A stretch of DNA of 64,000 nucleotides from Bdellovibrio sp. (GTDB lineage Bacteria > Bdellovibrionota > Bdellovibrionia > Bdellovibrionales > Bdellovibrionaceae), in NCBI GenBank assembly GCA_036676395.1, contig JAKFCY010000002.1, forward strand, positions 512,001 through 576,000. Direction: 5' to 3'. Positions 19,445 through 29,675 of the stretch are shown here, in pieces; position 1 is the stretch's first letter; the number at the start of each line of letters is the position of its first letter. The notes under the pieces were generated by a model. The model was not told where the DNA came from. It was given only the letters and a program-made list of their open reading frames with translations, and made no database searches. The translations under genes and the position numbers were made by a program.

Positions 19445-20545
19445 ATGAAAAAAACGTCAGTTTCATCTTCGAAAAAGTCTGCATCAGCAAACAAAGCCTT
19501 GCTGATGAAAAATAAACCCACAGAAAAAGTTAAACCTGCGGCCAAAATTAATTTTGGCGGTTTAAGTAAAGAACTTTTATTAACTATGCATTCAAACATG
19601 GTTAAGACACGTGTTCTTGAAGAGCGTTTAATTAAAATCTATCGCGCCGGAGAATCATTTTTCTGGATCGGTGGGCCTGGTGAAGAAGCTTGGGGAGTTC
19701 CATTGGGAATGTTGGCTAAAAAAGGCCAAGGCCCTGAGTATGATTATTTACATTTACACTACCGCTGTTCGCCGACACTTATCGCGATGGGTTTAGATAT
19801 GGTTGATTCGATTCGTTTAATGATGAATCGCGTGACTGACCCCAATACCGGCGGAAGAAATTTCTCGAATCACTTTGCGATTTCAAAATGGAATATTGCA
19901 CCGGTGACGTCGCCGTTAGAAGTGCAATACCCAATTGCTTGCGGAACAGCTCACGTGCAAAAACGCACAGGCAAAAAAGCCATCACGATCGTAACTGGTG
20001 GTGATGCGGGAACTGCAGAGGGTGACTTCGCATCAAGCTTAATTTTAGCTTCGCGTAAAGGCCAAGAGCTTCCGATGTTAATCACAGTACAAAATAACAA
20101 ATGGGGAATTTCGACTTGTTACGATGGTCAACATGGCGAAAATTTTATCGCTGATCGCGCACGTGCATTTAATATTAAATCACAAGTGATCAACGGCAAT
20201 GATCCCGTTGAAGTTTACTTAACGGTAAAAGAAGATATGGAATACATTCGTAAAACAGGAAAGCCTGCCTTTATCGAAGCGATGGTTTCACGTCTTTATG
20301 GACACTCATCTGCGTCGGGTGCAAATCCAATTCAGAACGAAGTTGATCCGGTAAAAGATTTCGAGAAAAAATTATTACAAGCTGGGCTTTTAAAAGAATC
20401 TGAAGTTAAAGAACTTTGGGCTAACTTTGAAGCTGAAGGCGTGCGTGCAACTGAAATCGCACGTTCTGAAGGTGTACCAAGTGCAGATAGCATCTGGGAA
20501 AACACATACGTGAATAGTGAAAATGCAGATTGGAGAAAATTCTAA
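19445..20545 (+). CDS. 2-oxoacid (probably branched-chain) dehydrogenase E1 alpha subunit
   Basis: TPP motif GDAGTAEG...QNNKWGIS, RLYGHSS; start ATG 19445. Confidence 0.88.
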   Translation: MKKTSVSSSKKSASANKALLMKNKPTEKVKPAAKINFGGLSKELLLTMHSNMVKTRVLEERLIKIYRAGESFFWIGGPGEEAWGVPLGMLAKKGQGPEYDYLHLHYRCSPTLIAMGLDMVDSIRLMMNRVTDPNTGGRNFSNHFAISKWNIAPVTSPLEVQYPIACGTAHVQKRTGKKAITIVTGGDAGTAEGDFASSLILASRKGQELPMLITVQNNKWGISTCYDGQHGENFIADRARAFNIKSQVINGNDPVEVYLTVKEDMEYIRKTGKPAFIEAMVSRLYGHSSASGANPIQNEVDPVKDFEKKLLQAGLLKESEVKELWANFEAEGVRATEIARSEGVPSADSIWENTYVNSENADWRKF

Positions 20546-21600
20546 TGGCAAATATGGCTCAAGCCATTCGATTGGCTCTTCATTACGCTGAAAATAATTA
20601 CGATTTAAAAGATGTTTTCGGACAAGATGTGGGCGCTCCATTAGGAGGCGTTTTCACAGCCACCCAAGGTGTTAAATGCGCTTGGAATTCTCCGTTAGAT
20701 GAACGTGGAATTATCGGCATGGCCATGGGTATTGCTATGACCGGAGACCGTTGTGTCGCTGAAATTCAATTCGTCGATTATATTTTCAATACAATCGATT
20801 TATTAAAAATCGCCGGCAATACTTTATGGTGCACGAACGGTCAGTTTAACTTACCAATGACGGTCATGAGCCCGGTAGGTGCCGGTATTCGTGGATCTGT
20901 GTACCATTCGCATTCATTCGATGCTTGGGCTTCGCGCTTAGCTGGATGGAAAGTGGTGATGCCGTCTAATCCTCTGGATGCTTACGGTTTATTATTATCA
21001 TGTATTTTGGATCCGAACCCGACGATGTTTTTAAAGCCTAAAGCTTTAATGCGTGTTCGTGGTGAAGAATTAATTCCTGGTGAACCATCGGATGAAAAAG
21101 AATTAAAAAATATGATCGATGCTCCAATCGGAGATCGTTCAACTTGGAAAGCCAACTGGCCTAAAATTCAAGAATATCTTGTTCCTTTCGGAGTAGGTAA
21201 AATCACTCGCACGGGATCACAGATCACTGTGGTTTCTTACGGCCGGCATTTATTACTTTGTAATGAAGTGGCTGATCAATTAGCGGCTGAAGGTTATTCA
21301 GTGGAAGTGATCGATTTACGTTCGATTTATCCGTATGACTGGCAGATGATAAAGTCTTCTGTGCAAAAAACTGGTCGCGTATTATTTGTGAATGAAGACA
21401 CTGAAGTAACGAACTTTGGTGAGCATTTAGCTTACCGTGTAACACAGGAATTATTCTATGAATTACAAGCTCGTCCTCGCGTAGTAGCAGGAAAACATGT
21501 TCCGGGAATTGGTTTGCATCCAAATCTTGAAGATGCAAGCGTTCCACAAAAACATGAAATCGCTGAAGCAATTCGCGAAATTTGCGGCGAAGTCCCGTAG
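20545..21600 (+). CDS. 2-oxoacid dehydrogenase E1 beta subunit (transketolase-like)
   Basis: FGQDVG..GGVF.AT, EIQFVDY, YHSHS, VEVIDLRSIYPYD; TAATG coupling with alpha. Confidence 0.9.
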   Translation: MANMAQAIRLALHYAENNYDLKDVFGQDVGAPLGGVFTATQGVKCAWNSPLDERGIIGMAMGIAMTGDRCVAEIQFVDYIFNTIDLLKIAGNTLWCTNGQFNLPMTVMSPVGAGIRGSVYHSHSFDAWASRLAGWKVVMPSNPLDAYGLLLSCILDPNPTMFLKPKALMRVRGEELIPGEPSDEKELKNMIDAPIGDRSTWKANWPKIQEYLVPFGVGKITRTGSQITVVSYGRHLLLCNEVADQLAAEGYSVEVIDLRSIYPYDWQMIKSSVQKTGRVLFVNEDTEVTNFGEHLAYRVTQELFYELQARPRVVAGKHVPGIGLHPNLEDASVPQKHEIAEAIREICGEVP

Positions 21601-21615
21601 AAAGATATTAGATAT

Positions 21616-22446
21616 ATGGCAAGGACGACAACTCAGAAAAAACCTCGTGTACGTAAGCTTCCTTTTGATAAGTATGATCTTTATTTAAATGCTGTGCAGT
21701 CTCCGGATGGAGATGTTCAGTTTTACCGCGAGCGCTACAAAGAATTTTTTGGCGCTCCGAAAAAAGGTTTAACTTTACGTGAAGATTTTTGCGCCGGTGG
21801 TGCGATTAGCTGTGAGTGGGTTAAACTTCATAAAGATAATACCTCTTGTGGTTTAGATCTTGATGATGAGCCAATGAATTACGGCCGTCAAAATTATATT
21901 TCAAAACTTACACCTGAACAGCAAAAGCGTGTCGTGCTTATTAATAAAAATGTATTGCACCCGGGGCTTCCGAAAGCTGATATCGCGGCAGCTACAAATT
22001 TTTCGTATTATATTTTCAGAGACCGTAAAACGTTAACTGCCTATTTTAAAAACGTTTATTCTTCGATTCAGAAAAAAGGTCTATTCATCGTTGATATGTT
22101 CGGCGGTACGGCTTGTACTGATGCTTCTCAGGATCGCATTCCAATCAGAAGCGGATTTACTTACTATTGGGAACAAAAAGATTTTGATCCGGTAACTAAC
22201 TACGCTAATTTTGGAATTCATTTTCGTTACAAAGGTAAAATGTATAAAAATGTTTTTACCTATGAGTGGCGTATGTGGACCATTGCTGAAATCAGAGAAA
22301 TGATGATTGAAGCAGGTTTTGACGATGCGGTTGTATACTGGGAAGGCTCTAAGCGTGATGGTTCTGGAAACGGTGTATTCACACGTGTAACTGAAGGCGA
22401 AGCTTGTTTAAGCTGGATTGCCTACGTTATCGGGGTCAAAAAATAA
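21616..22446 (+). CDS. Class I SAM-dependent methyltransferase
   Basis: LREDFCAGGA, GLDLD, NFSY, GLFIVD. Confidence 0.8.
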   Translation: MARTTTQKKPRVRKLPFDKYDLYLNAVQSPDGDVQFYRERYKEFFGAPKKGLTLREDFCAGGAISCEWVKLHKDNTSCGLDLDDEPMNYGRQNYISKLTPEQQKRVVLINKNVLHPGLPKADIAAATNFSYYIFRDRKTLTAYFKNVYSSIQKKGLFIVDMFGGTACTDASQDRIPIRSGFTYYWEQKDFDPVTNYANFGIHFRYKGKMYKNVFTYEWRMWTIAEIREMMIEAGFDDAVVYWEGSKRDGSGNGVFTRVTEGEACLSWIAYVIGVKK

Positions 22447-22820
22447 TGAAGCAAACCCTAAGAATTAATTCTTATGAAGTTTGGATGAGTTTGGGTGTCA
22501 CTAAAGACGAACAAACTAATCTTCAGCCCGTGCATTTTGATATTACTTTGCAATTTGATAAACCGGTAAAAGGGTCGGCAAGCGACAATTTAGATGATGC
22601 GATTAACTATGTTGATCTTGCATATCATGTAAAAAAAGTCGCAACGACCAGGCCTTTTAATTTGATTGAGAACGTTTGTTTTATTACTCATCAACATTTG
22701 ACTGAGTATTTAAAAACACATGGCTTTGCCGGCGAATTAACCACTGAAGCTACGAAAGTGCGCGTTCCGGTGGCCTCATTGCTTGGTGGAGTCAAATTTA
22801 CATGTCAAAGCACAGTGTAG
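22446..22820 (+). CDS. folB: Dihydroneopterin aldolase
   Basis: LGV..DE...QPV.FDI, LDDAINY, FNLIE, K; upstream of folKP; TAATG coupling. Confidence 0.85.
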   Translation: MKQTLRINSYEVWMSLGVTKDEQTNLQPVHFDITLQFDKPVKGSASDNLDDAINYVDLAYHVKKVATTRPFNLIENVCFITHQHLTEYLKTHGFAGELTTEATKVRVPVASLLGGVKFTCQSTV

Positions 22821-24091
22821 TTTTAGGTCTTGGGTCTAATATTGAACCGATTAAACATTTACGTTCAGCTCTAGCTGAAATTAAGCGCTTATCTGGAGTC
22901 ACTGTAGTTAATGTTGCCAGTATTTATGAATCCGATGCGCTATTACCTGAAAATGCACCCAACACCTGGAATAAAAAATATTTAAACTCTGCTGTTGAAA
23001 TAGAAGTCGTAAACTTTGAGCCGTTAAAGTTATTAAAAGATATTAAAGTTATCGAACAAAAACTAGGGCGTGCCGGAACAGATCGCTGGGCTCCTCGTAA
23101 TATCGATATTGATATCTTATGGGTACAGGATTTTACATTTAACAATGAAGCTTTAAACATCCCGCATGCGCAGATTTTAAATCGTCCGTTTGCTTTACTT
23201 CCGTTATTAGAATTACGTCCGGATTTTCCGTTTAATGAGCCCGATTGGATGTGGCAAAATCCGAAGCCTTTTCACACGGCGATTTCTAAAAAGTATGTTT
23301 GGCCAAAGTTCGCCGGAATTTTAAATATCACCGATGATTCTTTCTCGGGTGATGGGGTAATGACATCGGTCACCCAGCGCTTAGGTGAGCTTCTTGATGC
23401 AGGGGCTGAGATTATCGATATCGGAGCCGAATCAACGCGCCCCGGGGCTTTGGTGATTGATCCTGATGTTGAGATCAGACGTTTGATATTTACCTTAGAT
23501 ACGATTAATAAATATAAAACAGATTACAATCGTCAGTTTGAAATTTCGATTGATTCGCGTAAGCCAGAAGTGATGCAAAAAATTGTGAATAACTATCACA
23601 TAGATTACATCAATGATGTCGAAGGCTTTCGCCAACCACAGATGCGTGAATTATTAAAGCTAACTTCGGCGAAAGCGATTTGTATGCACTCGTTTTCTGT
23701 GCCACCAATTAAAACCGAAACGATTTCTGAAAACGAAGATGTTTGGATTTATTTAACCCAGTGGTGGGAAAACCAAAAAGAATTATTTTCGAAAGATAAT
23801 ATCGCGCTTGATCGGATGATTTTTGATCCCGGCATTGGTTTTGGCAAAACGCCCCAGCAGAGCGTAGATATCCTGAATTACCTGGAAGGTTTTAGCAGTA
23901 TTCGCGAAGAAATTTATCTGGGCTATTCGCGTAAATCATTTTTAAGTCTAATGACCGATAAGCCAGCTGCTGAGCGCGACCCTGAAACAGCCTTGGTGAC
24001 GGAGGCGATTAACCAAGCCTATGCGCAGTACTTACGAGTGCACGATGTGGCACAGAATAAGCAAGCCCTTACAGTAAGGACACTGTTATGA
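22802..24091 (+). CDS. folKP: Bifunctional HPPK-dihydropteroate synthase (FolK-FolP fusion)
   Basis: FolK: LGLGSNI, RWAPRNIDIDIL. FolP: GILNITDDSFS, DIGAESTRPG, DPGIGFGK, SRKSF, RVHDV. Confidence 0.93.
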   Translation: MSKHSVVLGLGSNIEPIKHLRSALAEIKRLSGVTVVNVASIYESDALLPENAPNTWNKKYLNSAVEIEVVNFEPLKLLKDIKVIEQKLGRAGTDRWAPRNIDIDILWVQDFTFNNEALNIPHAQILNRPFALLPLLELRPDFPFNEPDWMWQNPKPFHTAISKKYVWPKFAGILNITDDSFSGDGVMTSVTQRLGELLDAGAEIIDIGAESTRPGALVIDPDVEIRRLIFTLDTINKYKTDYNRQFEISIDSRKPEVMQKIVNNYHIDYINDVEGFRQPQMRELLKLTSAKAICMHSFSVPPIKTETISENEDVWIYLTQWWENQKELFSKDNIALDRMIFDPGIGFGKTPQQSVDILNYLEGFSSIREEIYLGYSRKSFLSLMTDKPAAERDPETALVTEAINQAYAQYLRVHDVAQNKQALTVRTLL

Positions 24092-25347
24092 AAGAATTAA
24101 CATTTAATGCTGCTGTCGCAGAGCTTGAAGCTTTAAGCATTATGCCAAAGTCGATGCCTGGTTTGGATAAACTAAACCAAGCCTTGCAACATAAGACTTG
24201 GTTTCAAGATTTGCCCGCAGAAAAAATTATCACGGTAGCGGGAACCAATGGCAAAGGCACGACCTGTGCTGCGTTGCAGACGTTATTGTTATCTGCAGGT
24301 AAAAAAATAGGATTATACACTTCGCCGCATTTAATTTCGACCACCGAAAGAATTCGTGTCAATGGTGAGCCGGTTTCAGAAGCCCAATTTATTCAGCTCT
24401 ACCAAGAAAATAAGCATTTAATCGCCCAGTATGAGTTAACGCATTTTGAAAGTTTAACTTTAATGGCTGCAGATTGTTTTTTTTCAAAGAACAATCTGGA
24501 TTACGTGATTTTTGAAGTGGGCCTTGGCGGTACTTATGACGCTACTAATGTGTTTCCTAATCGCTATTCAATAATTACCGCCCTGGCGATGGATCATCAA
24601 AATATTTTAGGTAATACGGTGTTAGAGATTGCTCAGAATAAGTTTGGTATTATTAAATCAAATTCAAAAGTAATTCATCATCCATTGCCTCCAGAAGTGT
24701 TTGCTTTATTTTCTGAAGTTTTAAGTAAAACTAATTCGCAGGCTATTGCGGCAGTGCCTGGCACCGTGACATGTGAAAAATCTTTTGAGCCCTATTGGTT
24801 TTTACAAACTCCTTGGGGAAAAACCATGATTAATCTTCCCGGGCAGCGGGCTTGCGATAATATCATGACCGCGCTGACCGTGTTTGAAGAATTAGGCTTT
24901 GAACCACAAGATCATTTGCATAGTTTAGAAAATATCCCGTGGCAGGGTCGTATGCAAAAAATCAAATGGCCACATATTCCGGCTCCGGTTTATTTATCGG
25001 GTGATCACAATATTCAAGGCGTGCAAAGCTTAGCGCATATCCTGCACTATTTTGAATGGAATGAATTGCATCTGGTTGTGGGCATTGGCCAGGATAAAGC
25101 TGCTGAAGAAATGTTACGTATTTTATTTGCGCTACCGCGCATGAAGCTGCATTTAACGATGACGCCATTTAAAGGTCGCACCGTGATGGATTATCCGGAA
25201 GAACTTCGTACAAAAGCGGCGAGTGAAAATGATGACGTGATCAAGTTATTGAATTCATTATCTGTAACTAAAAATGACTTAGTCGTGGTGACTGGCTCGC
25301 TTTACTTAGTTGGCCAAGTGTTGAGCGAGCTTTCAGTAAATTCTTAG
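24088..25347 (+). CDS. folC: Folylpolyglutamate synthase / dihydrofolate synthase
   Basis: VAGTNGKGT, YTSPHL...ERI, EVGLGG.YDATN, WQGR, VTGSLYLVG. Confidence 0.95.
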   Translation: MKELTFNAAVAELEALSIMPKSMPGLDKLNQALQHKTWFQDLPAEKIITVAGTNGKGTTCAALQTLLLSAGKKIGLYTSPHLISTTERIRVNGEPVSEAQFIQLYQENKHLIAQYELTHFESLTLMAADCFFSKNNLDYVIFEVGLGGTYDATNVFPNRYSIITALAMDHQNILGNTVLEIAQNKFGIIKSNSKVIHHPLPPEVFALFSEVLSKTNSQAIAAVPGTVTCEKSFEPYWFLQTPWGKTMINLPGQRACDNIMTALTVFEELGFEPQDHLHSLENIPWQGRMQKIKWPHIPAPVYLSGDHNIQGVQSLAHILHYFEWNELHLVVGIGQDKAAEEMLRILFALPRMKLHLTMTPFKGRTVMDYPEELRTKAASENDDVIKLLNSLSVTKNDLVVVTGSLYLVGQVLSELSVNS

Positions 25348-26072
25348 ATAAATCCAGAATTCGCAATAGCAATAAGTGAACTGATCGAAGTTAAATCGCG
25401 ATCAGCGTAGCGGGTTTTTTCACGTTGGGAGAGGCGCGCAAATTCATTTACTAGTTCATTTAAGCGATCATAAAAAGCAGTTTTTGATTTTTCACTTAAG
25501 CGTAAATACGACAACCGATGCAAATGATCAGCGCTGTTTTTGTGGTTTAAAACTTTTTTCAAAGTGTTTTCTGACCATTCGTGGTTTAGCTTCTTAACTA
25601 AAGGCCCATCGCTGGCCCAGCGAAATAAACCTTTGTGCACTGATACAACCCGTTGGTTTTTTCCGATCTTGATCAGATCTAGGTTTTCTAATTTCATCAA
25701 ATTACGTTGCAGTTGTTCGTTAGTTAGCTTTTCAGATTTTTTAATCACGTCTAAGGTTTTTTCTTCGACGGCTAAAAACCAATACACCCTAAAAAGCAGG
25801 TTGTTTTCAAACAACGCGTTTTCTTGTTTTGGACTTAAGCGCACATTTTTTACTTCGGATTCATCCGCGATTTGAAACAAATCAGCCAGGGAGAGGCCTA
25901 TTAATCTTGTGATTTGTTCCACGCGGGTTAGCGAAATATCTTTGCTTGTTAAAAGTTTTTTTACGCCGGATTCGCTCATCGCTAATTCATCGGCCAGCAT
26001 TTTATAGGTGATTTTTTTCACCTTTAAAACCTTCTTTAACGTTTCGACCACACTGTTTTTAGCCATTACCAT
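25344..26072 (-). CDS. XRE-family HTH transcriptional regulator
   Basis: N-terminal LK..LK.KKITYKMLADELAMSESGVKKLL HTH; divergent from the M24 peptidase. Confidence 0.85.
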   Translation of the reverse strand: MVMAKNSVVETLKKVLKVKKITYKMLADELAMSESGVKKLLTSKDISLTRVEQITRLIGLSLADLFQIADESEVKNVRLSPKQENALFENNLLFRVYWFLAVEEKTLDVIKKSEKLTNEQLQRNLMKLENLDLIKIGKNQRVVSVHKGLFRWASDGPLVKKLNHEWSENTLKKVLNHKNSADHLHRLSYLRLSEKSKTAFYDRLNELVNEFARLSQREKTRYADRDLTSISSLIAIANSGFI

Positions 26073-26100
26073 TACCTGTTTTCTGGCCTTTTCCGGGCCT

Positions 26101-26123
26101 AAAGTACCTTAATACGGTACCTT
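26101..26123. promoter_or_regulatory. Palindromic candidate operator for the XRE regulator
   Basis: AAAGTACC-N7-GGTACCTT (7/8 inverted match) in the divergent intergenic region. Confidence 0.55.
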
Positions 26124-26186
26124 TTAAACAAATATATAAGAAAAAGTTCAGAGTTGTTAAGATAAAAGTATAGGTTGGAGGTAAAA

Positions 26187-26966
26187 ATGAGTCGAAAGTC
26201 TAGTTTGATCAAAAATTCTGAACACATAAAAGCCATGCGCAAAGCTTGTGGTATCTCATCACAGCTGCACACGTTATCCATGACAGGAGTGGTTTCGGGG
26301 TTATCTGAAAAAAATCTCGCAGATAAGCTTGTAAGATTTTATAACACCACTGAAGCTGCAAGTTGGGCGTATCCAATGTTAGTCGGCAGCGGAAAACGCA
26401 CGACGATTATTCACGCAAGTCCTACGCAAAAGAAAATACAATCTGGCGAATTAGTTCTGATTGATATGGGAGTTAAGATTGATGGCTTTGCTTCAGATAT
26501 CACACGCACTTGGCCAGTTGATAAAAAATTTACGCGTGAACAGAAAATGATTTATCAAATTGTGTTAAATGCGCAGATGGCTGTGATCAAAGCTGCTAAG
26601 CCTGGTGAAACATTAACTGGCTTACATGAATTATCTCGTCAATATTTGTTAGACGGATTATTACGTCATAAAATTATTGGCAAAGATGAATTGAGTGAGG
26701 TTTTTCCACATAAGACATCACATTGGATCGGACGTTTAGTTCACGATGCTTGCCCATACTTTAATGAAGATCAAACCGCAGTGAAGTTAGTTGCGGGAAT
26801 GGTTTTTACGGTAGAGCCAGGATTATATTTAAAAGATAATTATGGAAAATACAGCAAGATAGGAATTCGCATCGAAGATGTGGTGCTGGTCACTGAAGAT
26901 GGTTGTGAAGTCATCTCCAGTGTAGCCAAAGAAATTGAAGAGATCGAAGAGCTTAGAGCTTATTAA
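26187..26966 (+). CDS. M24B Xaa-Pro aminopeptidase-like protein (catalytic domain only)
   Basis: Metal ligands LIDMG, ASDITRT, SHWIG..VHD, VEPGLY, GIRIED; GGAGGT SD before ATG 26187. Confidence 0.88.
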   Translation: MSRKSSLIKNSEHIKAMRKACGISSQLHTLSMTGVVSGLSEKNLADKLVRFYNTTEAASWAYPMLVGSGKRTTIIHASPTQKKIQSGELVLIDMGVKIDGFASDITRTWPVDKKFTREQKMIYQIVLNAQMAVIKAAKPGETLTGLHELSRQYLLDGLLRHKIIGKDELSEVFPHKTSHWIGRLVHDACPYFNEDQTAVKLVAGMVFTVEPGLYLKDNYGKYSKIGIRIEDVVLVTEDGCEVISSVAKEIEEIEELRAY

Positions 26967-28770
26967 AGCCTTCAAGTTTAACAGCAACAGTGTCTAAGGC
27001 CTTTATCCAAAACTTTTTATCAGTGATATCTTCACCTAAATGTTTTTGGACAAGGTCTTCGGCTGTCATTAAACCAGTGTCACGTAAGATCGCAGTGTAT
27101 TTAGCGCTGAAATCTTTGCCCCATTCGTCTTTGCGGGCGTACAGACTTAAGCTGAATAAATAGCCGAACGTGTACGGGAAGTTGTAGAAGCTTAATCCAG
27201 CCATTGAAAAGTGCAGTTTTGTGGCCCAGAACATTGGATCAGGCTGCGATAATGAATCACCGTACCATTTTGTGTAAGCATCTTTCATCAATCCAGTTAA
27301 TTCATCCGGATTAACATACCCAGCTTTACGTTTTTCGTAAAAATTCTTTTCGTATTCAAAACGAGTCGGAATATTTAATAGTAATGAAACCGCACCTTCA
27401 GCGATTGACCAGTAGACATCTAAAACTTCGTCTTTAGTTTTTGCTGAAGAGATTTGGTAATCAAATAATGTTTGTTCAGCGAAAATACTTGCAGTTTCTG
27501 CCAATGACATTGTGTACATCGTGCTGATCTTAGTCATATCACGCATAGCCCAGTTATGGTAAGCGTGACCTAATTCATGCGCTAGCGTTGAAGTGTTTTG
27601 TGAAGAGCCTGAGAAAGTCATAAACACGCGTGGGCTGCGGCTTTTTGAAAAACCACCGCAGTATGCGCCGTTACGTTTGTTCGGCCGTACACTCATGTCG
27701 ATCCAGTTTTTATCTAACATCATTTGCGCAAACTCACCGAATGCCGGATCCATGTGTGTAAATGCGTCTTTCACTTGTTTGAATGATTCTTTAAACGTTA
27801 ACTCTGTTTCAGATTTAACCGGAGCAGGAGCTACTAAATCCCAAGGATCTAATTGTTTTTTACCGTAGTACTTAGCCATCGTCTTTGCAGCGGCTTGGAT
27901 TTTTGGACGGTAGTCGCTACATGCATCGATCATCGCTTGCAGGGTTTCAGCTTTGATCCGATTACTGTGTAATGGTTCGTCTAAGAAATCTAATTTCTTT
28001 GTAGGCGTTGAGCGTAAGTTATTTATGTCGTGTCTCCAGCCGGCTAAAGCATTTACGATCGCTGCGGCTGTTTGTTGATGTTCTTTCCAGGTATTTTGAA
28101 TACCTTCCCAGCTGGCTTTACGTAAAGATTCATCGCTGCCTTGTGTGTTACCGAAAGCGACGGCGATACTTGTTGGCTCAGGATATGACGGGTGATCGAT
28201 TTTCACTCGAGCGCTACTTGAAATAGAACTGTAGAGGTTACCCCAAGAGGTATGGCCATCTTTTCTTAAAGTCGATATGATCTCTTCTTCTTTTTCAGAA
28301 AGAAGATGATCTTTTTTCATTCTGGAACGCGAATAGTAAAAGGCATAATCTTTAATTTTTTCGGCTTTAAAAAACTTAGCAAAGTTTTCGTCGCTGGTTT
28401 TCGATAAAAATAAATTTAGCGGAGTCATGGCAATTTCAAATTGCGAAAACATATCTTTATATAAGTAAGAATACATTTTCTCGGCTTCAACATTCTTTGA
28501 ATCTAAGGAAAATTCGAATGAAGCATATGATGATAAGTTGTAAAGTAACAACATCGCTTCAGAAGAAATGAAAAGAGTTTCTTGCATGCCTTCTAAAGCT
28601 TGCGGTGGAAGCGGTTCTTGTGGATTCGTTAATTGCGGACCGAAGTTTTTCAAATTAGCCGTAATCTTTGCGATCGCAGCTTTAACTTCGTTGATATCAG
28701 TATTCCACTCTTTAGAAGTAAATGATGGATACTCGGTGGTGTTATCCCAGCGTGGTAAAATTTCATTCAT
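26953..28770 (-). CDS. M3B oligoendopeptidase F
   Basis: TLAHELGHAYH, LAETASIFAE, FYNFPYTFG; start after the AAGGA SD. Confidence 0.93.
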   Translation of the reverse strand: MNEILPRWDNTTEYPSFTSKEWNTDINEVKAAIAKITANLKNFGPQLTNPQEPLPPQALEGMQETLFISSEAMLLLYNLSSYASFEFSLDSKNVEAEKMYSYLYKDMFSQFEIAMTPLNLFLSKTSDENFAKFFKAEKIKDYAFYYSRSRMKKDHLLSEKEEEIISTLRKDGHTSWGNLYSSISSSARVKIDHPSYPEPTSIAVAFGNTQGSDESLRKASWEGIQNTWKEHQQTAAAIVNALAGWRHDINNLRSTPTKKLDFLDEPLHSNRIKAETLQAMIDACSDYRPKIQAAAKTMAKYYGKKQLDPWDLVAPAPVKSETELTFKESFKQVKDAFTHMDPAFGEFAQMMLDKNWIDMSVRPNKRNGAYCGGFSKSRSPRVFMTFSGSSQNTSTLAHELGHAYHNWAMRDMTKISTMYTMSLAETASIFAEQTLFDYQISSAKTKDEVLDVYWSIAEGAVSLLLNIPTRFEYEKNFYEKRKAGYVNPDELTGLMKDAYTKWYGDSLSQPDPMFWATKLHFSMAGLSFYNFPYTFGYLFSLSLYARKDEWGKDFSAKYTAILRDTGLMTAEDLVQKHLGEDITDKKFWIKALDTVAVKLEGFNKL

Positions 28771-28794
28771 AAAAATCCTTTCGATTAATGCGTT

Positions 28795-28813
28795 GCTCCC
28801 CAAAAAGGGACGG
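28795..28813 (-). repeat. Short post-stop repeat, type A copy 2
   Basis: Reverse complement is identical to 15577-15595; lies just after the pyrE stop. Confidence 0.8.
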
Positions 28814-28818
28814 CCTAC

Positions 28819-29340
28819 CTATTTCGGAAAATCTGTTCTTACAAATAAGCTTTTTACTTGTAGGTCGATAGCTTTTAATTTTTCGATAGCATCAATGCCA
28901 CCGCGGTTGATCACACATAACACGGTGTTGATGTTCGCTTTTACGGATCTAAGATCTGCGGTGCTTAAAATAACTTGGCCACCAGAAGTGATGACATCTT
29001 CGATAATGCACACGCGTTTATTTTCAATCACAGCACCTTCGGCGAATAAACATGTTCCGTAATCTTTGGCTGTTTTTCTGACGAAGCAAACTGGAATGCC
29101 TGTCTCGAGCGAGATTGCGGTTGCGACTGGGATGCCGCCCATTTCAAGGCCTGCTAAGACTTCTGTGTCTTTTGGAACGAGCTGTGCCATCTGGCGAGCA
29201 ATTTCGCGCAATAGTTCTGGCTGCGCTTCGAAACGGTATTTATCAAAGTACTCGTGAGAAATTTGCCCAGAGCGAAGTTTGAATTCTCCGGTTAAGTGAG
29301 CGACATCGAAAAGTTTTTTAGCCAGTTCAGAGTGAGTCAT
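28819..29340 (-). CDS. pyrE: Orotate phosphoribosyltransferase
   Basis: GEFKLRSG..S.EYFDK, FVRK.AKDYGT, PRPP loop IIEDVITSGG. Confidence 0.93.
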   Translation of the reverse strand: MTHSELAKKLFDVAHLTGEFKLRSGQISHEYFDKYRFEAQPELLREIARQMAQLVPKDTEVLAGLEMGGIPVATAISLETGIPVCFVRKTAKDYGTCLFAEGAVIENKRVCIIEDVITSGGQVILSTADLRSVKANINTVLCVINRGGIDAIEKLKAIDLQVKSLFVRTDFPK

Positions 29341-29427
29341 GCAGTTTCCTTTAGACACTAAATTGTTCGAAAAAGTTTGGCTTAGATTATGCTTTCTATT
29401 CATAAGTTGGAAGTCATGGTGCTATGT

Positions 29428-29652
29428 ATGAAAAAGCAATTTAGCTTATGGATTGAACAGTTAGGGGAGCAATTGATTAGTCGAGGTAAAGCCTCAGACT
29501 TTCAAACCCTTCGTCTTTTCGCTATCTTAGCAGGCCTGACTCTGGTTTTTGTCGTCATGCTGACAGTCGTGCAGTTCTCTCCAACTGCTCCAAATCACAG
29601 CGAAATTAAGCCGATGCAAGACTTAAGTACTGAAGCCAAGCTGGCTCCATAA
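29428..29652 (+). CDS. Small single-pass membrane hypothetical protein
   Basis: One strong hydrophobic segment (LFAILAGLTLVFVVMLTVV); fills the gap between pyrE and the CNNM gene. Confidence 0.6.
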   Translation: MKKQFSLWIEQLGEQLISRGKASDFQTLRLFAILAGLTLVFVVMLTVVQFSPTAPNHSEIKPMQDLSTEAKLAP

Positions 29653-29675
29653 TCTGTCTTAGATAAAACAAACTA

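Noticed and set aside
19270..19599. 109 aa minus-strand ORF and the upstream extension of E1 alpha from 19358
   Set aside because: Shadow of the E1 alpha start and promoter region; ATG 19445 fits better.
28568..29062. 164 aa plus-strand ORF
   Set aside because: Overlaps pyrE and oligoendopeptidase F on the opposite strand; no motifs.
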